DNA of 64,000 nucleotides from Escherichia coli (GTDB lineage Bacteria; Pseudomonadota; Gammaproteobacteria; Enterobacterales; Enterobacteriaceae): NCBI RefSeq assembly GCF_013122565.1, contig NZ_CP053258.1; one strand, 5' to 3'. Shown piece by piece: positions 11,177 to 20,819 of this stretch (position 1 is its first letter; each line of letters starts with the position of its first letter). The notes under the pieces were generated by a model. It saw only the letters and a program-made list of their open reading frames with translations, ran no database searches and was not told where the DNA came from. The position numbers and the translations under genes were made by a program.

Positions 11177-13327
11177 ATGGATACTAAAAAGATATTCAAG
11201 CACATACCCTGGGTGATTCTCGGAATCATCGGTGCATTCTGCCTCGCGGTAGTTGCATTACGTCGGGGGGAGCACGTCAGCGCCCTGTGGATCGTGGTCG
11301 CCTCTGTGTCGGTGTATCTGGTGGCGTATCGCTACTACAGTTTGTACATCGCCCAGAAGGTGATGAAACTCGACCCCACGCGCGCGACGCCTGCGGTTAT
11401 TAACAACGACGGTCTGAACTACGTTCCGACCAACCGTTACGTGTTGTTTGGTCACCACTTCGCCGCTATCGCCGGTGCTGGTCCGCTGGTTGGTCCGGTT
11501 CTCGCCGCGCAGATGGGCTACTTGCCTGGCACGCTGTGGCTGCTGGCGGGGGTAGTGCTGGCCGGTGCGGTACAGGACTTTATGGTGCTGTTTATCTCCT
11601 CTCGCCGTAACGGCGCATCTCTCGGTGAGATGATCAAAGAAGAGATGGGACCAGTACCGGGGACTATCGCGCTGTTTGGCTGTTTCTTAATCATGATCAT
11701 CATCCTCGCCGTCCTGGCGCTGATTGTGGTTAAAGCCCTGGCCGAAAGTCCGTGGGGTGTCTTCACCGTTTGCTCAACCGTACCGATTGCGCTGTTTATG
11801 GGTATCTACATGCGCTTTATCCGTCCGGGGCGTGTGGGTGAAGTCTCTGTCATTGGTATCGTGCTGCTGGTTGCCTCTATCTACTTCGGTGGCGTGATTG
11901 CTCACGATCCGTACTGGGGTCCGGCACTGACCTTTAAAGACACCACCATTACCTTCGCGCTGATTGGCTATGCGTTTGTTTCCGCACTGCTGCCGGTGTG
12001 GCTGATCCTCGCGCCGCGCGACTATCTGGCAACCTTCCTGAAAATCGGCGTTATCGTCGGCCTGGCGCTGGGTATCGTGGTGCTGAACCCGGAACTGAAA
12101 ATGCCTGCGATGACCCAGTACATTGACGGTACTGGCCCGCTGTGGAAAGGCGCTTTGTTCCCGTTCCTGTTCATCACCATCGCCTGTGGTGCGGTATCTG
12201 GCTTCCACGCGCTGATCTCTTCCGGTACAACGCCGAAACTGCTGGCTAACGAAACCGACGCGCGTTTCATTGGCTACGGCGCAATGCTGATGGAGTCCTT
12301 CGTGGCGATTATGGCGCTGGTTGCAGCGTCCATCATCGAACCGGGTCTTTACTTCGCGATGAATACCCCGCCTGCTGGCCTTGGCATCACCATGCCTAAC
12401 CTGCATGAAATGGGTGGCGAGAACGCGCCGATCATCATGGCGCAGCTGAAAGACGTTACCGCACACGCGGCAGCGACCGTCAGCTCCTGGGGCTTCGTGA
12501 TTTCGCCAGAGCAGATCCTGCAAACCGCGAAAGACATTGGTGAGCCTTCTGTCCTGAACCGTGCAGGTGGTGCGCCGACGCTGGCGGTAGGTATCGCTCA
12601 TGTGTTCCACAAAGTGCTGCCGATGGCTGACATGGGCTTCTGGTATCACTTCGGTATTCTGTTCGAAGCCCTGTTCATCCTGACCGCGCTGGATGCGGGT
12701 ACCCGTTCTGGCCGCTTTATGCTGCAAGACCTGCTGGGTAACTTCATCCCGTTCCTGAAAAAAACCGACTCTCTGGTTGCTGGTATCATCGGTACTGCGG
12801 GCTGTGTGGGTCTGTGGGGCTACCTGCTGTATCAGGGCGTGGTCGATCCGCTGGGCGGCGTTAAGAGCCTGTGGCCGCTGTTCGGTATTTCCAACCAGAT
12901 GCTGGCAGCCGTAGCGCTGGTACTGGGCACCGTTGTGCTGATTAAGATGAAGCGCACCCAATACATCTGGGTAACTGTTGTTCCGGCTGTATGGCTGCTT
13001 ATCTGCACCACCTGGGCGCTGGGTCTGAAACTGTTCAGCACCAACCCGCAGATGGAAGGCTTCTTCTACATGGCAAGCCAGTACAAAGAGAAGATTGCTA
13101 ACGGTACTGACCTGACGGCGCAGCAGATTGCCAACATGAACCACATCGTTGTGAATAACTACACCAACGCAGGCCTGAGTATTCTGTTCCTGATTGTGGT
13201 GTACAGCATCATCTTCTACGGTTTCAAAACCTGGCTTGCGGTGCGTAACAGCGACAAACGTACTGACAAAGAAACTCCGTACGTTCCAATCCCGGAAGGC
13301 GGCGTGAAGATCTCTTCGCACCACTAA
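11177..13327 (+). CDS. btsT: CstA-family pyruvate/H+ symporter BtsT
   Basis: MDTKKIFKHIPWVILGI...; polytopic membrane protein recognised as BtsT/YjiY. Confidence 0.92.
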   Translation: MDTKKIFKHIPWVILGIIGAFCLAVVALRRGEHVSALWIVVASVSVYLVAYRYYSLYIAQKVMKLDPTRATPAVINNDGLNYVPTNRYVLFGHHFAAIAGAGPLVGPVLAAQMGYLPGTLWLLAGVVLAGAVQDFMVLFISSRRNGASLGEMIKEEMGPVPGTIALFGCFLIMIIILAVLALIVVKALAESPWGVFTVCSTVPIALFMGIYMRFIRPGRVGEVSVIGIVLLVASIYFGGVIAHDPYWGPALTFKDTTITFALIGYAFVSALLPVWLILAPRDYLATFLKIGVIVGLALGIVVLNPELKMPAMTQYIDGTGPLWKGALFPFLFITIACGAVSGFHALISSGTTPKLLANETDARFIGYGAMLMESFVAIMALVAASIIEPGLYFAMNTPPAGLGITMPNLHEMGGENAPIIMAQLKDVTAHAAATVSSWGFVISPEQILQTAKDIGEPSVLNRAGGAPTLAVGIAHVFHKVLPMADMGFWYHFGILFEALFILTALDAGTRSGRFMLQDLLGNFIPFLKKTDSLVAGIIGTAGCVGLWGYLLYQGVVDPLGGVKSLWPLFGISNQMLAAVALVLGTVVLIKMKRTQYIWVTVVPAVWLLICTTWALGLKLFSTNPQMEGFFYMASQYKEKIANGTDLTAQQIANMNHIVVNNYTNAGLSILFLIVVYSIIFYGFKTWLAVRNSDKRTDKETPYVPIPEGGVKISSHH

Positions 13328-13335
13328 CCGTGTTT

Positions 13336-13363
13336 AGCCCCGCTTCGGCGGGGCTTTGTTCTT
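13336..13363 (+). terminator. Rho-independent terminator after btsT
   Basis: agccccgc-ttcg-gcggggct hairpin followed by ttgttctt. Confidence 0.7.
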
Positions 13364-13376
13364 ATCAGAGTGAACT

Positions 13377-13580
13377 ATGTTTGGTAACTTAGGACAGGCA
13401 AAAAAATATCTCGGCCAGGCGGCGAAGATGTTGATTGGCATTCCAGACTACGACAACTACGTCGAGCATATGAAGACCAACCATCCCGATAAGCCGTACA
13501 TGAGCTATGAAGAATTCTTCCGCGAACGCCAGAACGCACGCTACGGCGGCGATGGTAAAGGCGGTATGCGCTGTTGTTAA
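13377..13580 (+). CDS. yjiX: Small conserved protein YjiX (DUF466)
   Basis: 67 aa, C-terminal CC; conserved partner downstream of CstA-family genes (recalled). Confidence 0.88.
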
Positions 13581-13590
13581 TGGAGAGAGC

Positions 13591-14547
13591 ATGAACCCGA
13601 TTGCAGTTACCCTACTCACCGGTTTTTTAGGCGCGGGCAAAACTACCCTGCTGCGCCATATTCTTAACGAACAACACGGCTACAAGATTGCCGTGATTGA
13701 AAACGAATTCGGCGAAGTCTCCGTTGATGATCAACTAATTGGCGACCGCGCCACGCAGATCAAAACGCTGACCAACGGCTGCATCTGCTGTTCGCGCTCC
13801 AACGAGCTGGAAGACGCACTACTCGACCTGCTGGATAATCTCGACAAGGGTAATATTCAGTTCGATCGTCTGGTGATTGAATGCACCGGCATGGCCGATC
13901 CCGGCCCGATTATTCAGACCTTTTTCTCCCATGAGATTTTATGCCAGCGCTACCTGCTGGACGGGGTGATTGCGCTGGTGGATGCGGTACATGCCGATGA
14001 GCAGATGAACCAGTTCACCATCGCCCAGTCCCAGGTTGGCTACGCCGACCGTATTCTGCTGACTAAAACCGACGTCGCAGGCGAAGCAGAAAAACTGCGT
14101 GAACGTCTGGCGCGCATCAACGCCCGCGCACCGGTCTACACCGTTACCCACGGCGACATCGACCTGGGCCTGCTGTTCAACACCAACGGTTTTATGCTGG
14201 AAGAAAACGTCGTCAGCACCAAACCGCGTTTCCACTTTATCGCGGACAAACAAAACGATATTTCGTCGATTGTGGTGGAACTGGATTACCCGGTAGATAT
14301 CAGCGAAGTTTCCCGGGTGATGGAAAACCTGCTGCTGGAATCGGCAGATAAACTGCTGCGTTACAAAGGGATGCTATGGATTGACGGCGAACCTAACCGC
14401 CTGCTGTTCCAGGGCGTCCAGCGCCTCTACAGCGCCGACTGGGACCGCCCGTGGGGCGATGAAAAACCGCATAGCACGATGGTGTTTATTGGGATTCAGC
14501 TGCCGGAGGATGAGATAAGGGCAGCGTTTGCGGGGTTGAGGAAGTAA
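13591..14547 (+). CDS. yjiA: CobW/G3E-family GTPase YjiA
   Basis: MNPIAVTLLTGFLGAGKTTLLRHIL (P-loop), CICC metal-binding motif; recognised as YjiA. Confidence 0.9.
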   Translation: MNPIAVTLLTGFLGAGKTTLLRHILNEQHGYKIAVIENEFGEVSVDDQLIGDRATQIKTLTNGCICCSRSNELEDALLDLLDNLDKGNIQFDRLVIECTGMADPGPIIQTFFSHEILCQRYLLDGVIALVDAVHADEQMNQFTIAQSQVGYADRILLTKTDVAGEAEKLRERLARINARAPVYTVTHGDIDLGLLFNTNGFMLEENVVSTKPRFHFIADKQNDISSIVVELDYPVDISEVSRVMENLLLESADKLLRYKGMLWIDGEPNRLLFQGVQRLYSADWDRPWGDEKPHSTMVFIGIQLPEDEIRAAFAGLRK

Positions 14548-14559
14548 TTTTGGATGATG

Positions 14560-14590
14560 GCCGCCATGTGGCGGCCTGAATTATTTTTTG
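14560..14590. terminator. Bidirectional terminator hairpin between yjiA and brnA
   Basis: ggccgccatgtggcggcc stem-loop followed by tgaattatttttt. Confidence 0.6.
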
Positions 14591-14883
14591 TTCTGATCGC
14601 GCAGCATCGCTTCACGTAAAATTGCGTTCAGGCGAGTTTGATAGCCTTTACCAGGTCGCTTCAGCCATTCCATCACATCAGCATCAATACGCACCGAAGC
14701 CTGGGTTTTCAATGGCCGATAAAACTTACCGCGTTCTGCGTTAGACCATTGCTCATCGCTGGAAGGAGGGATATCGCTGTAATCAATATCTTCGTCGGAC
14801 TTATTCGCCAGTGCCTTCAGTTCGGCCTCATGCTGCACATCGAGTGTAGAGGAGGTCCCTCGTTTATGTTTAACCATGCTCAT
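14581..14883 (-). CDS. brnA: BrnA-family antitoxin (DUF4415-like)
   Basis: C-terminal SVRIDADVMEWLKRPGKGYQTRLNAILREAM matches the BrnA signature; overlaps upstream brnT by about 14 bp. Confidence 0.75.
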   Translation of the reverse strand: MSMVKHKRGTSSTLDVQHEAELKALANKSDEDIDYSDIPPSSDEQWSNAERGKFYRPLKTQASVRIDADVMEWLKRPGKGYQTRLNAILREAMLRDQNKK

Positions 14884-15157
14884 AGCGACTCCTCTCTTTA
14901 CGATCTGCTTTTCGTGCACTGATGATGCGAATAATTTCATTTCCGCTTTCGAAACGGATGGTATGCGCAGCCAGAATAACCACGATACCGTGAACCACGC
15001 CGATAGTCTGCCAGCGATACTCACCATTTTCTATGCGATCTTGCTGTGACAAATGTTGTAGATCATCAAACACTAACACCGCATCTTCAAAGCGGATGCC
15101 ATGTTTCACCCGATTACTTTTGGCCTTGTTTGCATCCCATTCAAACTCCATTGGCAT
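14870..15157 (-). CDS. brnT: BrnT-family ribonuclease toxin (DUF497-like)
   Basis: MEFEWDANKAKSNRVKHGIRFEDAVLVFDD...RIISARKADRKERSRY matches the BrnT pattern; AGGGA Shine-Dalgarno 8 nt before the chosen ATG. Confidence 0.78.
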   Translation of the reverse strand: MPMEFEWDANKAKSNRVKHGIRFEDAVLVFDDLQHLSQQDRIENGEYRWQTIGVVHGIVVILAAHTIRFESGNEIIRIISARKADRKERSRYEHG

Positions 15158-15311
15158 AGTTGCCATCCCTAATTGTATATACAAAAATGTATCTACAATT
15201 ATTCTGCAATTATAGCGTTGATGTTGGAAATAGCATCACGTTTTAGGAAAAGATGGGGAAGTTGATATGAAGGGGCTGGATGGCAACATTGGGACACCAT
15301 CCAGCACTTAT

Positions 15312-16046
15312 TCAAACCTGATAGCAATCCACCAAAAATGCCATCATTTCACTGGCATCTTTGCTGTGATAAAAGCGCACCATTTTGCTGTTGAACTCCA
15401 GCGCACGAGCTGCGGGTACACTAATGGGATTGTAACCGTGGCGCATTAACCAGCCGTTCATCATATGGCGACTGGTACGCTTGTTGCCATCAAAGAAAAA
15501 CTGAAAATAAGCACCAAATAAAAACATTGCCAGCGCCCCTTCGAACGGTGGCATCTCTTTTATTTGTGCCACACCTGCGGCGAATATTCGATTCAGTTCA
15601 GGTGCACCTGCTTCAGTGGCTGGTGGAAAATGAGTGCCCAGTTCACCGAGATGAACGCGCGTATTGTAATGTAACTCTTCACCTTCGCCGCGAAAAACGC
15701 CCCACTCCAGCGCCTCATTACGCGCAATAATGCCGTTAAGCAACGTGAACGTTTTCTTATCAAGGTCGAAACGCCCGGATTGCACAAGTTCAATCAGTTT
15801 TTTTGCGCTATCTGCCAGGTTCAACACCTGCTCAGTATCACTGACCTTATGCCCGCCAACGGTGACACCATCGAGCAGCGTTTTAACTTCAACAAAGGTA
15901 TAGGGGTTATTTTCCAGTTGCGCGGCATCCCAGACAAACCCTGCCATATGCGTTTTGAAGGTAAACAAGGCTGCGCGCGTACCGACAATTTGCATCGCCG
16001 GGATGGCATTTGCATTCCAGCTCAGGTCCAGTAGTTTGGTTGTCAT
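15312..16046 (-). CDS. Doc/Fic-family protein with non-canonical motif (QFFFDGNKRTSR; catalytic His replaced by Gln)
   Basis: C-terminal region FQFFFDGNKRTSRHMMNGWLMRHGYNPI aligns with the Doc motif HxFx(D/N)(A/G)NKR; about 170-aa N-terminal extension; 43 bp downstream of the GmrSD-like gene on the same strand. Confidence 0.6.
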   Translation of the reverse strand: MTTKLLDLSWNANAIPAMQIVGTRAALFTFKTHMAGFVWDAAQLENNPYTFVEVKTLLDGVTVGGHKVSDTEQVLNLADSAKKLIELVQSGRFDLDKKTFTLLNGIIARNEALEWGVFRGEGEELHYNTRVHLGELGTHFPPATEAGAPELNRIFAAGVAQIKEMPPFEGALAMFLFGAYFQFFFDGNKRTSRHMMNGWLMRHGYNPISVPAARALEFNSKMVRFYHSKDASEMMAFLVDCYQV

Positions 16047-16089
16047 TAGAGGATCCTTGATTGCATGGTAAAGAGGATATTATTCCATA

Positions 16090-18189
16090 TTAAGCCATCG
16101 CGTTATCCATCTGCTTTTCAAATGCCTGACGAATTAATCCCATCACATAAGGAAGCTCAGAAAGATCGCTGAAACCTACTTCAACATCGCCATTGCCCCA
16201 ACGGCCTATATCTGTGACATCTTTAGCCATACATTTTGGGTCAACCAGTTCATGGAATGGCATATTTAGTGATAAACGTAAGCGACTTTTTTGCGGCACC
16301 ACATCAACAAAATTCGTCTCCGCTTTGAAGGCAACATAGAGCTTCAATATTTCTCGCGTAACCCCAGCGTCCAGCGCCATAACGGCATCAGAAAGGCTGT
16401 CAAAAAGTACGCGGATATGCGTACCTTCTTCAAGTTGCGGGAAATCAGCAAGGATATATCCCGTTCCTCGTTCAATGACGGTGCGATAACGAGCCAACAC
16501 GTCTTCCGAAAGTTTGGGGATCGCCCAGACGTCTATTGCCAGCTCGGCCAGACGTTCCGCTCTCTTTTGTATCGCTGCACGATCCCATATTTCACATTGC
16601 CCTAACCCCGTGTTCAGGCGTAATGGACTTTCCTTAAAGCCACCTTTTATATCTCGCTTCTTCGTAAATGGACGGTCGCTGTAGCTTGAGTTATAGCCAG
16701 TTAACGTTAAATTACCCAACGTATGGAGCCACTTTTTATGGATACGCTTCCATTCCGGGCCAAGGTCATCGCGCCACTTCGCCGATAAATTAGGGTTCTG
16801 CGGCATGATATGTTCAATCGTATAAGTGTCAACATAGACCCGTTCTTTACGACCGTGGTTTTCAAATCTGCGTAGCCAATAGCTGCGATTACGGAAGTTG
16901 TAGAGGTCGCGAGTTTTCAGTTCACGTTGAAATTCATCATCATCCGGGAAACGACGGTAGGAAGGCAGTTCCAGCAAATGCGCCGCAATGCTCTCCAGAT
17001 AACGCTCTTTATCCAGCACTTTGTAAAACGTGGCGAAGGTTTTGGTAAATGAGTTGGTGGGAATGGCACAGACTGCGCGCCGGAAGATATACGACTCAAT
17101 TAAACGCGTGGCACTTAAAAAATCCGCGGCAGAAAGAATTCCCTGTTTATAGTCGTGATAAAGCACCAACAGGAACGGCCATGCAGCATCAACTTTCAGT
17201 TCCCGCAGATCCTGAAACGCCATCTTTAATATTTTGTCTTTTTCGCTATCCAGCGCCATCGCACAAAAATAATCCGCATAGGTACGAATATCCGCAACCA
17301 GCGCCTCCATCCCGCTATCCATCACTCCTGGTTTTCGCGCATAGCGTTTAAAGGCTTCATAGACATCACCAATTCGCGGAATCTCACCTGTTTTTACCGT
17401 CAGGTAATTACGCATAAAACTGTCGAAATAGTCAGTGTATCCCTTCTGACCAAACGCCAGCTCCATGGGCCGCCAGTAATCGTCGTACAGTTGGCTTTGA
17501 TGTTCTGGCTCCAGCCCCATCAAAACATAGTTGCGTACCAGATCCGCCTGACTCAGCGCTTTCCCTGTAGAGTTCATACTTTCGAAGATAAGTTGCGGAT
17601 TATCCTGACCGCGGTTCAAGGCGACATCCACAATCAGCAGTTTTGAAAGGCCCTGACATAACGCGGTGAAATTGCCGTGGAGTTTGCCTATTTGCTCATG
17701 GAAAAACTCAAAATTCTCTTTCACGCGTAGAGAGCAATTTTCTGCCAGCGGTTTTTGCCTAATCAATGCCAGCAGGCTCTCTCTGTCCGTTTGCGTAAGA
17801 AGTAACTTAAAACCACGCTCGCCCGATTCATACGGATTGAGCAGATAATAGTTTCGTAATTTCATGGCGGAGAAACCATCCATCACCTCGTCATCACCAA
17901 GATGTCTGGACAACGCTTCCAGCAATAACATCGCCGTTGTCAGGCGTTGCTGACCGTCAATCACCAGTAAGGGAGAGATCCCCGAAACCTGATATAGGCC
18001 CTGTTCGATATACACCACCGAGCCGATGAAATGCGCCGGGATATCATCACGCTGCCCGGCACGTATTACATCGTCCCAGAGCTGGCGGCACTGTTCCTCT
18101 GACCATGAATAAGTACGCTGATAAATGGGAATAACGAATTGCTGAGAGCGTTTTAGAAAATCGAGTAATCGGGCTTCGGTGGCTTTCAT
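16090..18189 (-). CDS. GmrSD-like putative Type IV restriction endonuclease (DUF262 + DUF1524)
   Basis: N-terminal IPIYQRTYSW and IDGQQRLTT (DUF262 DGQQR hallmark); C-terminal TIEHIMPQ (DUF1524 His-Me finger-like); 699 aa. Confidence 0.8.
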   Translation of the reverse strand: MKATEARLLDFLKRSQQFVIPIYQRTYSWSEEQCRQLWDDVIRAGQRDDIPAHFIGSVVYIEQGLYQVSGISPLLVIDGQQRLTTAMLLLEALSRHLGDDEVMDGFSAMKLRNYYLLNPYESGERGFKLLLTQTDRESLLALIRQKPLAENCSLRVKENFEFFHEQIGKLHGNFTALCQGLSKLLIVDVALNRGQDNPQLIFESMNSTGKALSQADLVRNYVLMGLEPEHQSQLYDDYWRPMELAFGQKGYTDYFDSFMRNYLTVKTGEIPRIGDVYEAFKRYARKPGVMDSGMEALVADIRTYADYFCAMALDSEKDKILKMAFQDLRELKVDAAWPFLLVLYHDYKQGILSAADFLSATRLIESYIFRRAVCAIPTNSFTKTFATFYKVLDKERYLESIAAHLLELPSYRRFPDDDEFQRELKTRDLYNFRNRSYWLRRFENHGRKERVYVDTYTIEHIMPQNPNLSAKWRDDLGPEWKRIHKKWLHTLGNLTLTGYNSSYSDRPFTKKRDIKGGFKESPLRLNTGLGQCEIWDRAAIQKRAERLAELAIDVWAIPKLSEDVLARYRTVIERGTGYILADFPQLEEGTHIRVLFDSLSDAVMALDAGVTREILKLYVAFKAETNFVDVVPQKSRLRLSLNMPFHELVDPKCMAKDVTDIGRWGNGDVEVGFSDLSELPYVMGLIRQAFEKQMDNAMA

Positions 18190-18473
18190 GAATGACTCCT
18201 GTCAAATTGCACTGGCAAACGGCGTCATTATGCTGCGAATAAAAAATAAAAGTTAGCGTCTTTGTTTCTGCAAAAATACCATTCCAGGATAAATCAAAAT
18301 ATATTAAGAAACACCTCAGAACGCATTCATTAGAACAATTAATACTTCCAACCAATATTTATAACGCATTGAAAATGATCATGTTTTTGATTGTGTTGAC
18401 GATAGTTTGATATAACAAAGCATTCACTTCACATTGAATACCTCCCTCTTTTTCAGGGCAAGGAATGCTTTTT

Positions 18474-20819
18474 ATGACATCAACTAATTTCAGCCAGATT
18501 GCAGCCTTCCTGTGGTCTGTCGCCGACCTGTTACGCGGCGATTTTAAACAATCACAATATGGACGAATTATTCTTCCTTTTACCCTTTTGCGTCGTCTGG
18601 AATGCGTACTCGAAACAACGAAAGACGCGGTCATTGCTGAGGCGCAAAAAGTAAAAGCCATGAAACTGCCGGAGGAAGCCCAGGAGAAAATGATCCTGCG
18701 GGCGACTAATGGCCTGACGTTCTTTAACGCCTCAGCGATGGACCTCAGCAAAATGGGGCAAAATGGCATACAGGACAACCTGGAAAACTACATCCAGTCG
18801 TTCTCTTCGGATGCCCGCGAAATTTTCGAACACTTCAAGTTCAGCGAGTTTGTCGGACAGCTGGCGGATGCGAACTTGCTGTTCAAAGTGGTGCAAATAT
18901 TCGCTAAAGCAGATTTATACCCGGAGCATGTCACCAACCACGATATGGGGCTGGTGTTTGAGGAGCTGATCCGCCGTTTTGCCGAGAGTTCTAACGAAAC
19001 CGCCGGGGAGCACTTTACCCCGCGTGATATCGTCAATCTGACCACCTCGCTGGTGTTTTTCGATGATGATGACGCGCTCAATAAAGACGGCATCATCCGC
19101 ACCATTTACGACCCAACAGCGGGAACCGGCGGCTTTCTCTCCTCCGGCATGGAGTTCGTCCACAAACAAAACCCCAATGCCGTGATGCGCGCGTTTGGTC
19201 AGGAGTTAAACCCGGAATCCTACGCCATCTGTAAAGCCGACATGCTGATTAAGGGCCAGGACGTCAGCCTTATCAAACTCGGCAACACCCTGTCCAACGA
19301 TCAGCTCCCCGCAGAAAAATTCGATTACATGCTTTCTAATCCACCTTTCGGCGTGGACTGGAAAAAGATAGAAACCGACATCAACAACGAGCACAAACTC
19401 AAAGGTGCCGATGGTCGCTTTGGCCCCGGCCTGCCCCGCGTCTCTGACGGTTCGTTGCTGTTTCTGCTGCACCTGATCAGCAAAATGCGCGATGCCAAAA
19501 GCGGTGGCGGGCGGATCGGCATCATTCTTAATGGTTCGCCGTTATTCACCGGCGGTGCAGGAAGCGGTGAAAGCGAGATCCGCCGCTACATTCTGGAAGC
19601 GGATTTGCTGGAAGGCATTATCGCCCTGCCCACCGACATGTTTTACAACACCGGTATCGCTACCTATGTTTGGGTGCTGTCCAACAAAAAAGCGCCAGAA
19701 CGCAAAGGTAAAGTCCAGCTTATCGACGCCAGCAACCTGTGCGGCAAAATGCGTAAGTCGCTGGGATCAAAACGTAATATTCTCGGGGAGGAGGATATTG
19801 GTTTAATCACCCGCACGTTTGGCGATTTCGAACCCGTTGCCACCACCACGCTCGCGGCGTTAGGCCTGGAGAAAGCACCTGAACAAAAATCCAGCCGGGG
19901 ACGCCAGCCGACCACAACCAAAGCTGAGGCGGCAAAAACCTTTGCCAGCAAAGTCTTTTACAGCACCGAATTTGGCTATCGACGCATCACCGTTGAGCGC
20001 CCGTTGCGCCTGTCGTCTCAGATCACCGATGACGCTATTGCCACATTGCGCTTTGCGCCGAAGCCGTTTAACGCGCCGATGGCACAACTGTATGACGCCT
20101 TTGCTTTCCAGTGGCAGGACGGTAATTACGGCGACTTAACAGCGGTAGAAAGTGAAGCACGCGCCATTCTTAAAGCCGATTTTAGCGAGCTGAAAGAGAA
20201 GCAAATTAAAGATCTGCTCGACAGCAAATTATGGCTGGCCCAGCGCGGGTTAATGGAAAAAGCGCGGCGTATACAGGCGGCGATGGGGATGCTGGCGGGT
20301 GGCAAAGAGACCGTTAGCAATGACTTTAATCAGTTCCAGTTGACGCTGAAAGAGGCGTTCAAAACCGCAGGCGTGAAGCTGGATGCGAAAGAGAACAAGC
20401 AGTTTATCGATGCTATCACCCGCAAAAACCCGGACGCCGAGCCGGTAGTCAGCAAGGTACTGAAAGAAGCGGCACAACCGCTGTATGGCGCGTTTGAGTA
20501 CCACGGAAAGGTTGTGGAGTTTGAGCCGGATGGCGACCTGCGCGATAACGTGAATGTGCCGCTGAACCCGACGGTATCTACCAGCGAGTTGATCGAGGGT
20601 TACTTCAAAGCGGAAGTATTGCCGCACGTCGCGGATGCGTGGATTAACGCCGATAAGCGCGATGCGAAAGATGGGGATATCGGGATTGTGGGGTATGAAA
20701 TTCCGTTTAACCGCCATTTTTATGTTTATCAGCCGCCGAGGCCGCTGGAGGAGATTGATGCGGATCTGGATGCGGTAAGCGCTGAGATTATGAAACTGTT
20801 GCAGGAGGTACATTCCTGA
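18474..20819 (+). CDS. hsdM: Type I restriction-modification N6-adenine DNA methyltransferase subunit (long form, about 780 aa)
   Basis: SAM motif [10 protein letters not shown] and catalytic NPPFG (nt 19338-19352); about 280-aa C-terminal extension beyond a typical HsdM; stop overlaps hsdS start; alternative ATG at 18465. Confidence 0.85.
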   Translation: MTSTNFSQIAAFLWSVADLLRGDFKQSQYGRIILPFTLLRRLECVLETTKDAVIAEAQKVKAMKLPEEAQEKMILRATNGLTFFNASAMDLSKMGQNGIQDNLENYIQSFSSDAREIFEHFKFSEFVGQLADANLLFKVVQIFAKADLYPEHVTNHDMGLVFEELIRRFAESSNETAGEHFTPRDIVNLTTSLVFFDDDDALNKDGIIRTIYDPTAGTGGFLSSGMEFVHKQNPNAVMRAFGQELNPESYAICKADMLIKGQDVSLIKLGNTLSNDQLPAEKFDYMLSNPPFGVDWKKIETDINNEHKLKGADGRFGPGLPRVSDGSLLFLLHLISKMRDAKSGGGRIGIILNGSPLFTGGAGSGESEIRRYILEADLLEGIIALPTDMFYNTGIATYVWVLSNKKAPERKGKVQLIDASNLCGKMRKSLGSKRNILGEEDIGLITRTFGDFEPVATTTLAALGLEKAPEQKSSRGRQPTTTKAEAAKTFASKVFYSTEFGYRRITVERPLRLSSQITDDAIATLRFAPKPFNAPMAQLYDAFAFQWQDGNYGDLTAVESEARAILKADFSELKEKQIKDLLDSKLWLAQRGLMEKARRIQAAMGMLAGGKETVSNDFNQFQLTLKEAFKTAGVKLDAKENKQFIDAITRKNPDAEPVVSKVLKEAAQPLYGAFEYHGKVVEFEPDGDLRDNVNVPLNPTVSTSELIEGYFKAEVLPHVADAWINADKRDAKDGDIGIVGYEIPFNRHFYVYQPPRPLEEIDADLDAVSAEIMKLLQEVHS

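Noticed and set aside
11774-13324. 516-aa ORF on the minus strand inside btsT
   Set aside because: Fully antisense to a well-supported membrane transporter gene; Arg/His-rich low-complexity translation typical of a spurious antisense frame.
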